A DNA stretch of 64,000 bases, taken from the NCBI RefSeq assembly GCF_009914755.1, contig NC_060941.1; one strand, written 5' to 3'. Source of the stretch: the human T2T-CHM13v2.0 reference genome, Homo sapiens. The translations under genes were made by a program, and so were the position numbers. Shown here piece by piece: positions 44,301-64,000 of the stretch (its first letter is position 1; every line of letters starts with the position of its first letter). The notes beneath the pieces were generated by a model. It was not told the DNA's origin and did not search any database. It was given only the letters and a program-made list of their open reading frames with translations.

Positions 44301-44536
44301 ATGGCTACCAGAGATGGAATTAGCCTGCAAAGGCCATTCCCTTTCATGAACCAGGAGCTAGGGTGCCACCTAATCACCTGGGCCTCTAAGATTCGGTCTG
44401 GAACCAAGTCAGTGGCTCACTGGTGTCAGGTCAGGGTCAGCCAGGGGCCAAGGTATCCTGTGCAGATCTGCTGGTGAGCACTTAAGGGAGACTATGCCTC
44501 AGGTGAGGACAGGAGTGCCTCTTTAAACCAGCATGT

Positions 44537-45490
<954 letters not shown>

Positions 45491-45540
45491 ATTTTTAATA
45501 AATAGAAATACAAAAATGACAATTGACACCGCTGTAGTGC

Positions 45541-45659
45541 TGTTTATCAAACACTGTGGTAAGAGATTACCTACCTTAACTCATTCAATCTCACGGTCAC
45601 ACCCCGAGGGACTGAATGAGTTAAGGTAGGTAATCTCTTACTACCGTGTTTGATAGATA
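45541..45659. repeat. Long inverted repeat / fold-back hairpin (52-nt arms, 29-bp perfect core), MIR-derived
   Basis: 45559-45587 is the exact reverse complement of 45613-45641; the arms extend to 45541 and 45659 with 2 mismatches and 4 G-U pairs. Confidence 0.93.
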
Positions 45660-47112
45660 AAAAGCATCCTAAATAAGAGGAAAGTCAGAAACAAAGAGGT
45701 TCTAACTTACTGGAGTTGGAAGTCTAGCTCAAGTCCACTCTCTTGGCTGCTGGGCTGTCCTGCTTTTTATAAGCTGTATGTACATTTTTGGGGCACTGAA
45801 CATTTACATAGGATATGTTGCAGGGGAGGGTAAGCAAGAAGCAACGACGCCACCCTCTGCCTCCTCTCCTCCCATCACTCCATTTCCTTTCTGACTCCTC
45901 ATAGAGTAGTCCTCCACCCCCAGTTCTCATGGTTTACCCTGCTGCGTCCAGGGGGTTTCTCGTCAGGCCCTCCTGCTTAGCCACAGGAGAATTACCTGTG
46001 ACCCTTGCTGGGCCCCCCACTCAAGGCTGATCACGGCCTTCCCTGGGATTTGATCAGAGCTGGGAAGAGACAAGACAAAACTGTGCATGTGAGCTCTGGG
46101 GCCTGCCCGCGTGTGAGAGCACCCAGGCACGTGAGAGCACCCGGGCAGCCAGCACTTGGGTCCCTCCTAGGTTTCGGCCATCCGGCTCTCCTCTTCATTC
46201 TTGAACTTCCCCACAATCCCTCTGGCAAATTCTCTTTTTGCTTTGCCCCAGTGTGAGTTTAGTTTCTGTTTCTTGCCACCAAAAGAATATAGAGCACGTG
46301 TCTGACTAGCTTTGGACTGTCCCTGCTGTGGTCGTAGTTGAAGTCCGCATCGATTGTTACCTGGAATAGTGTGGTGGGCTTGGTGGAGCCTGCTTTCCTC
46401 CAGTGTCCCCACTCCCTCCCGCCCAGCAGGACTGAGCCTTTTCAAAGGCAGGCACCCTTAATAGTCCTGCGTGTGGCAGGTGCTTGCGTGCACTGACTTG
46501 ACCCCTCCCCAGCCAGTGAGGCTGTTAGACCCTCCACCTTCTGTCCCATCTCTATCTGCCTGTGGCCCTTCAGGCACTCTGCTCCCTCTGCCTCAAGCAC
46601 TCCCTGGGAAACAGCCCATCAGATCTGGGAAGGGCCTCGGTCCCCTGCCCCAGCTTTTCTACAGGACTGTGTGAGTATTTCCAGGAGAGCTGTGCCTGGG
46701 TAGTGCCACCACACAGTCTTGGCAGGGCACAGCACCATAATAGCTGGCCCTCATTGACCTTGCCAATCAGGACAAGACCCTGCCTGAGTGACCTTGGTGA
46801 GCTCCCTCAGCTGTGAAGATAGGTGATGCTCACAGCTGATCCAGGTGAACAGGAACATCATGGGGTGTTCTGAGCATGATACTTAAGACATCTGTCCACC
46901 TCGGCCCTCCTTTCTCTTTGCCCTGTGGATGTTTGTAGCACTGGGCGTGAGCCCGGCATTGGGCCCTAGCTCCCAGCTTCATGCTGGGCCACACAGCAGG
47001 GGCCAACACAGACCTGTGAAGGGTGTGAAGCAGCAAACAGCAACGCTGGGTGAATTTAAACTGAACGGCACTGAGGAAGAATGGCTGTCAAGGCTCTTTT
47101 CTCTTCCCTTAG

Positions 47113-47222
47113 AATGTGCAAAAGTCTTCTATGCTGCGGGTGCTAAACTGGTGCTCTGTGGCCGGAATGGTGGGGCCCTAGAAGAGCTCATCAGAGAACT
47201 CACCGCTTCTCATGCCACCAAG
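47113..47222 (+). CDS. DHRS7B: DHRS7B coding exon 3 (110 nt): [37 protein letters not shown]
   Basis: Acceptor cttttctcttcccttag|AA, donor AAG|gtgagc; phase 1 to 0 joins exon 2 (G|AA = Glu). Confidence 0.97.
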
Positions 47223-47531
47223 GTGAGCCAGGGGCGTGCTTTCCATGGGGAAGGAGTGCAGGCCGTCTTCTGTAGGCACTGAGGAGATAGTGGCCCACTC
47301 CTGGACTGCTGAGCTGTAGGACATCCATGCGTCACACTGTCCCAGGGAAGGCAGCAGGTCTCCATAGCGAACCGGGCCCACTGCATGGGGAGAGAGAACT
47401 GTCCAGTGGTTTACATCCTGATGCCCCTACTGGCTAGCACTGTGAGTTGAGAAAGTTCTCTTTTCTCCCTTTCCTTTTACCTGGCTAAGCTCTACTTACT
47501 GGGTGGGAGTGGGGGATGGTGATAACTTTAA

Positions 47532-52398
<4,867 letters not shown>

Positions 52399-52476
52399 GC
52401 TAAGTGATCCGTGGGACACATAGCTCAGATGGCCTGCCACTCAGAAAGTGAATTTGTATCTGTTGTATTTGACCAG

Positions 52477-52693
52477 GTGCAGACACACAAGCCTTACTTG
52501 GTGACCTTCGACCTCACAGACTCTGGGGCCATAGTTGCAGCAGCAGCTGAGATCCTGCAGTGCTTTGGCTATGTCGACATACTTGTCAACAATGCTGGGA
52601 TCAGCTACCGTGGTACCATCATGGACACCACAGTGGATGTGGACAAGAGGGTCATGGAGACAAACTACTTTGGCCCAGTTGCTCTAACGAAAG
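52477..52693 (+). CDS. DHRS7B: DHRS7B coding exon 4 (217 nt): [15 protein letters not shown]...[13 protein letters not shown]...[12 protein letters not shown]
   Basis: Acceptor gaccag|GTG, donor AAG|gtaaca; contains the SDR NNAG motif and the helix-E Asn (TNYFG). Confidence 0.97.
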
Positions 52694-53253
52694 GTAACAG
52701 TCTTGAGAAAAGAGCAGTGATAAGTGATATGTTGGCATTCTTTTTACTTCACTTGGATCCTTTTCAGCTAAACGTTCCCCATCTCCATCCTCTCTGTTGC
52801 CCTGGAGTGGGTGTTAGGTGTTATTGTTACAGTTTGGGTATTTGCTTTATAGCTTCCAATCAAGATGTTCTCTTTAGTGACAGCCACATTTGTGCAGCAT
52901 TACCTACATGTCTTTTTCATGGTGCCTGCAAACCCCTACAAGGTGGGGATATTTTTATGTCCCACCATGGATTTCAGTCCAGGGGAGAGGCTCCAGCAGG
53001 AAAAGGGAACTGAGCTAACCATTTGCAGTGACCTCTGTCCCTGTTTCCTTGCCTCTCTCCTCTCTCCTGCTGGCCTGCTGGCACTCTGCTGGGCATAGGA
53101 GGCTGGAAGTTCCAACATAGTCCTCTACCCTAAGGGGTTTTCACCATTCTCCCTCATTCTGACTAAATATCAAAAGCAAGGTCGCCTTCCATCAGCATCG
53201 GGTGCAATGACTGGAAGTAGGGCGCTTGCCTAAGCCTCTGCATCTGTCCTCAG

Positions 53254-53346
53254 CACTCCTGCCCTCCATGATCAAGAGGAGGCAAGGCCACATTGTCGCC
53301 ATCAGCAGCATCCAGGGCAAGATGAGCATTCCTTTTCGATCAGCAT
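53254..53346 (+). CDS. DHRS7B: DHRS7B coding exon 5 (93 nt): [31 protein letters not shown]
   Basis: Acceptor ctgtcctcag|CA, donor CAT|gtgagt; contains the catalytic Ser region (ISS); phase 1-1. Confidence 0.97.
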
Positions 53347-53464
53347 GTGAGTACTTCTCTCTCCCACAAAATGCTTGGCTTTATTGTTTTTTCCTGATTA
53401 TAAAAATAACACATTTACTATCTAGAATTTAGACATTGTAGAAATAAACTATCCAGAATGCAAA

Positions 53465-53680
53465 GGCACTTGAGAATGTGTTCTCCAGAGCCACATGCCT
53501 GGGATCAAATCCCAGCTCTACTTTCTGTCCCCGGTGTGACCTTGGGCAAGTATCCCCCCTTCTCTGTGCCCTGCCCTCAAGTGTAAATGGAGACAGCCTC
53601 AGTCTTAGCCCGGAGGACTGCTGTGAGCGCTGTGCTTGGAGCTGCCCCAGACACTAAGCACTAGGCATGTGCTAGCCACT
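53465..53680 (+). mobile_element. MIR fragment
   Basis: cctgggatcaaatcccagctcta...tgtgaccttgggcaagt...tctctgtgcc. Confidence 0.65.
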
Positions 53681-54559
53681 CCTACTGTTAAGATTTTTAG
53701 CTTGTCCCACAGATATAACCATGCCATCACTTTGGGGCATATGCTTCCACAGTTTTTTCTACGTATAATTCAAACATGCAAAAATGGAATGGCATTATTC
53801 ATATTGCTTTGTGGCTTGTTAATCTCACTTAATGTATCTTTCTACATCAGCATGTATGGATTTACCTCATCCTTTCAATACAGTAATCCATTGAATGAGT
53901 GTGACATAATTGATTTAGCCATTTTCCTGGACACTTGAGGATTTTTTTTCCCCCTCAGTCTTTGACCATTAGCAGCAGTGTGCTGTGTAGAACATTCTCA
54001 AATATTTATATCTCTGGGCACTCAAATGGGAAGGTTTCAATAAAAAGGGTTTTAAGGTAATTTCACAAACTGTCCTTTCTTTGCATCATCTCCCGAAAGG
54101 AAATACTGCCTATACCAGCCTCATCTCCTCTCAGCCACCCAAGGGCTAGACCCAGCCACAGCCTGGTCAGCAAAGGCAGGGAAATCTGAGCTGCTGCAGC
54201 ACTTTGCAAGGGCAGCCCCAAACATCCAGTTCCATGACACTATAGGGCCAGCTGTGAACTGAGAGTGTAACACAGTTTATTCTTTCTTCCAAGATCTGGA
54301 TCCCAGCTCTACCTTTTGGTTCTGGTTGTATTTTCTTGGACACATTACTTAACTATTCTGATCCTGTTTCCTTACATATTAGTGAGATTTACAATCATCA
54401 TACATGCTTGTACATGCATGATTTCCCTGTTTGTTAATATTCTCTTTCAGCTTTGGATAGGACAGCCATCTAAGGCTTCTCAAATGGTTCAGGAAAAAAC
54501 AATTATATATAGAATCATCAATGATAAAGCAAATGAGTTAAAATGTTAATAATAGGTAA

Positions 54560-57477
<2,918 letters not shown>

Positions 57478-57587
57478 ATAAAACCAGGTTTTCAAAACAG
57501 AGAGCGTGAATGGTAGTGAATAGTTGGGCACCAGGCCATGCCCACCCCAGCGCACTCAGTCACCTGCCTCTCCGTCCACATGTGTAG

Positions 57588-57740
57588 ATGCAGCCTCCAA
57601 GCACGCAACCCAGGCTTTCTTTGACTGTCTGCGTGCCGAGATGGAACAGTATGAAATTGAGGTGACCGTCATCAGCCCCGGCTACATCCACACCAACCTC
57701 TCTGTAAATGCCATCACCGCGGATGGATCTAGGTATGGAG
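57588..57740 (+). CDS. DHRS7B: DHRS7B coding exon 6 (153 nt): [51 protein letters not shown]
   Basis: Acceptor tgtgtag|AT, donor GAG|gtgagg; YxxxK catalytic motif (Tyr codon T|AT split by the intron) and PGxIxT motif. Confidence 0.97.
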
Positions 57741-58764
57741 GTGAGGCCCGGTTTCTCTTTTCTCCTATGAAAATCTGTCGGTCAGCCACAGTGAGACATG
57801 CTGCTCTTACTTCAGTGATTCTTTGGTCATTTTCATTTGGAAGAGAACTTTTAAAGTGAAAAAAACTTGACAGAGGTGTTGGTTCTAGATATGGACTATT
57901 GAATAATCTTCTTTTACCCCACCATGGCCTACCCTTAGTGTGAACGTCACCATTGCAGCATTCAGAACAGGACCTCTGTGGGCAGGACTCAAGGGCTAAA
58001 AGGAAGTTGCCAAGCTGAAATGCCAACAGACTTCCAACTAACCCATTCGCACATCCCGAGTCCAAGGAGTATTATCGGCATCGGGATTGAGTGAATTGAC
58101 CTCATGGCAAGTGTAGGGTGTTTGATGGTCTGTCTCTGTCCCATAGGCTTGAGAAATGACTGATTCAGGGCCAGTCTTCAGGATGAGGCCGAGTGCAGCA
58201 GTCTCAGCACCTTCATCTTGTCTCATTTGGAGACAGTGCAGAGCTGACCTGCAGTCACCACTCGCGGGCAGAGCAGCTGGCCCCAGCATGCAGGCTCAGG
58301 CCAAGCAGAGACCAGTGTGCCCATGATCACTGGAGCCCTTGGAGCTGGTGCTGCCTCCCCATGCTTGGAACAGGGCCTGCTCACCCCTCCAGTGCTGTCC
58401 TGCCATGTCCTCCTCCCTGAAGTGAGCTCTTGGGGTTTGTGCTGTGATGTCTGCCAGGGGCCTCATGGTCCTGCGCCCGGCCCAGCCAGGCCTGAACCAA
58501 GACTGCCCATGTCCTGGCAGCAGCTGCTCTCTCACACAGCAAGTCTTGTTTTCCCCACAGTAGACTCTATACAGAGGCATGGGGCTTCATACAGCTTTAC
58601 ACCTGTTTATACCTAGAAGATACCACTTAAAAAATTATCTCTGCGGCATTTAAAAATAAGCTGTAATCCAAAACTTCCTACTTTTCTGCATTAACAAAAA
58701 CACAGAACAGACATTGGTGAGGGAGCTCAGGCAATCTGGACAACTTAAGAGTGGTTTCATATGG

Positions 58765-59078
<314 letters not shown>

Positions 59079-59824
59079 CTAGTGGCCGCTCCTGTGTGCC
59101 TGCCAGCTGGTCCTACTTTGCGGGCAAAATTGTCAAATTACTAGGGTAGAAGGAACATCAGTTGCCGTTAATCTAACACTGCCTCCTAATCTCTCCCAGC
59201 TGTTCCTTCTAACACCTAAAACAAACTAAGGACTTCTTCCTGTTTCTCATCCAATTAATACTTGACATCGAGAACAGGGACATCTGTCTGCTCCTGACTC
59301 AGTGAGCTTGTGCATATGGGGGTCAATAGTCCCCACCCACCTCTGTCTGGCCATCCTGAAGCCAAGCTACCCAAGATAAATGAGGTGGCACAACATCCCT
59401 TAGTCTTTGGTTGTTCTAATAGGCACACGTTTCCCAGGTCAGGAAGCTGCTTTTCAGGTGCGGTGTGAGGGGGTCACTCTGAAGCCCCCACCCCGGGCTG
59501 GCCCTGTGCCTTTGCTGTGGAGCACCAGGCAGACAGACTCACTTTGGTTCCAAGCCCTAACTGGGATCCTCAGTCTACCTTGTTTCCACATCCCACCCAC
59601 CTCTCGCTTCCCCCACTGACCCACATCCAGCTGCAAAATGGTTCCCTCTTTCCTTGGAGCATGGAATCATCAGGGATGGTGGCACACCACTGGCTTCCTG
59701 GCCCTGGGAAGAGCTTCATGGTGGGAAAGGCAGCAGGCTGACCTGACGACTCACATCAGCTCCACTCCTCAAGAGGGACCTCTGCTTCCAAGTTCATGTG
59801 TTTCTTTTGTTTTATTTATTTTAG

Positions 59825-60030
59825 TTATGGACACCACCACAGCCCAGGGCCGAAGCCCTGTGGAGGTGGCCCAGGATGTTCTTGCTGCTGTGGGGAAGAA
59901 GAAGAAAGATGTGATCCTGGCTGACTTACTGCCTTCCTTGGCTGTTTATCTTCGAACTCTGGCTCCTGGGCTCTTCTTCAGCCTCATGGCCTCCAGGGCC
60001 AGAAAAGAGCGGAAATCCAAGAACTCCTAG
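59825..60030 (+). CDS. DHRS7B: DHRS7B last coding exon 7 (206 nt incl. TAG): [68 protein letters not shown]
   Basis: Acceptor with long pyrimidine tract ttttatttattttag|TT; stop TAG 60028-60030. Joined exons from ATG 40924 give 933 nt = 310 aa + stop. Confidence 0.97.
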
Positions 60031-60300
60031 TACTCTGACCAGCCAGGGCCAGGGCAGAGAAGCAGCACTCTTAGGCTTGCTTACTCTACAAGGGACAGTT
60101 GCATTTGTTGAGACTTTAATGGAGATTTGTCTCACAAGTGGGAAAGACTGAAGAAACACATCTCGTGCAGATCTGCTGGCAGAGGACAATCAAAAACGAC
60201 AACAAGCTTCTTCCCAGGGTGAGGGGAAACACTTAAGGAATAAATATGGAGCTGGGGTTTAACACTAAAAACTAGAAATAAACATCTCAAACAGTAAGAG
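60031..60300 (+). terminator. DHRS7B: DHRS7B 3' UTR with tandem polyadenylation signals
   Basis: AATAAA at 60239-60244 and 60277-60282, followed by GT-rich sequence (gttgtagtctt) from ~60300. Confidence 0.8.
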
Positions 60301-60810
60301 TTGTAGTCTTCCAGGACTAGAACCTTGTGTCCTTTGAATTCTCGCCCTGCCAGCTCCTAGAAATAGTTTCAATCTTGGAATCAGATGTTATGTCACCTGA
60401 CCCAGTTGTTTCTGTATTTGACTTAAACCTCATTGTTGTGGCAGAAAGACCACCTCCAGTACTGAGGGGAGAAAGTTGTAGTTTCAAGAAGTCAGCAGTC
60501 ACGCCCATTTCCAGGTCCCTATGATATCTCATCCAACTTAAAACGTGGGCCAGTATGTAATGGCTTATTTGGTGTATCCCAAGGGATGCCTGCTTTAGCA
60601 CCTCATAGGAATTCCTGTTTCTCTCTTAACTCTCACCACATCCCTGTAGGATGCCAGGCACCACTCCAAGCAGAAGGTGAACTTACTAAAGAGAGAGCAG
60701 CCAAAAGGGAGAGGAGGACCCTGCGTGGCCCCGTGCATCCTCTAGAAGTGAAACCATTAAATTGGCCAGCTGGGCAGACTCTACAGCAGCCCCTGGTCTG
60801 GTGGAAGTGA

Positions 60811-62852
<2,042 letters not shown>

Positions 62853-64000
62853 ACCAGCCAGATGTCAATATTATTGGTTGTTTACTTACCCAACATTCTA
62901 AAAACCTCAAATCACTTTCTAAAACTTAACTTTATAAACTTTATAATTTTGCCATATAAATAGAAACTAACACAAACTGAAGAATTATTAAAATCTAGCT
63001 AAATAAAGCTGTTTGCCAAAGGCAGAGTCTGAGGCCCACTGTTCTTGAGGAGGAGGTTGGCAAGTCCCAGAGGGGACCTGTTAAAGTCACACCAACACCA
63101 GACAGACGCTCTTCTTGGCCTCAGAGGCTGAGGACTAAAAGGGCCTGCAGCTGTGCTCTTTCATGTCCGTGTTGCTCCTACAGTTGTCTTGGGTCGCTGG
63201 AGTTCAGTGTCCCTTCCTGGAGACAGCAATGGTTTGGATAATGTGAGACTTAGCCTTTAGAATTGTCCCAACGTAGCAGCTGAAGTGACTTCCTGTGGGT
63301 GAGCCCCACGTGCATTGCTCCAAAGCAAGAAGCCCAGCCACAGCCCGGTTCAGCTGATGGCCTTTGAGCAACCTTCATTGCTCTTGGATTTTCAAACCAG
63401 TGTTTGAATATGGACGTTTGCCAGCAGGGTTAGCGATGCTGCCATTCCACTTTCTCTTTTCTGTCTTTAGAGGGTTTTTGCCCCTTTCTCTTTCATCCTT
63501 AAATTCTGCTGGGGAGGTCTAAAAAGCACGATTTTTATTTGGTTCTGCCTTCAGGTATCTGATGAAGTTCAAAGACACTTTCCACTTTGCTCTTTAAGCC
63601 CCTTGGTGTTTCACATCATGCCAAAACCAGAGACGGAAAAATAAAACCAATTAGCTTTTCCAAACAGCAGCATCTCCATGCAGTGTAGAGGGGCCACAGC
63701 CGATTAGTGAATCGAAGAAAATAGTGTACAGCCCTGGGCACCCTGCCCACCTCCCAGCAAGTCTCCCTTCCTTCCCTCAGGGCCCAGCAGCTGCTGCACC
63801 AGATGTGAAAACTTTGGAGGCAGCTGACAGACTGGAACGGGGAGATCCAGTTTGATCAGTTGTCCTTTTACATAACAGCTCTTCGCTCTTCTCTGAAATT
63901 GGGTGGGGATGGGTAGCTAAAACTAATTTACTAGATTAATGACACAATCTATTCCCTAAAGTGGTCCATGTAGGACTCATTTAAGTGGATTTTGCACAGG

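Noticed and set aside
52411-53013. 200-aa ORF as a stand-alone gene
   Set aside because: Only 52477-52693 is exon 4; the rest is intronic read-through beyond canonical splice sites. The same holds for the ORFs around exons 2, 3, 5, 6 and 7.
60317-60601. 94-aa minus-strand ORF ending ...ENSKDTRF (PDZ-ligand-like)
   Set aside because: Non-ATG start, no recognisable homology and no convincing exon boundaries; the length is compatible with chance. A tblastn/PhyloCSF check would be needed to revive it.
63180-64000. Possible TMEM11 3' exon or a pseudogene on the minus strand
   Set aside because: The minus-strand frame I translated by hand had a stop and no recognisable protein, the ORF track lists nothing here, and TMEM11 coding sequence is not visible in the window.

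Overview
Primate (human-like) genomic DNA containing most of DHRS7B (SDR32C1/PexRAP, a short-chain dehydrogenase/reductase) on the + strand. Six coding exons (exons 2-7; 40899-60030) splice with canonical GT-AG boundaries into a frame-consistent SDR with an N-terminal hydrophobic anchor and TGxxxGxG, NNAG and YxxxK motifs. Two AATAAA signals follow at 60239 and 60277. Exon 1 is not in the window, so 1-40898 is a very large intron 1 dominated by transposable elements: a MER41B-type LTR, a MER57-type LTR, a complete two-LTR MER4A-type ERV with an LTR2-family solo LTR nested in its 5' LTR, MER47A, old L1s including a ~10 kb L1MC-type copy, MaLR LTRs and dozens of Alus. Nearly all short ORFs in the supplied track are Alu-, L1- or LTR-derived or chance. 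I see no new protein-coding system. The best leads are (i) a 52-bp MIR-derived fold-back hairpin in intron 2, (ii) candidate cryptic exons upstream of exon 2 that could switch the N-terminus or start codon, (iii) intact tandem GAS/STAT sites in MER41B, (iv) the nested-LTR provirus with a retained antisense splice donor, and (v) a degenerate non-TE local duplication downstream of the gene. Repeat family names are from recall of consensus sequences, not a database search, and repeat boundaries are approximate unless TSDs are quoted.
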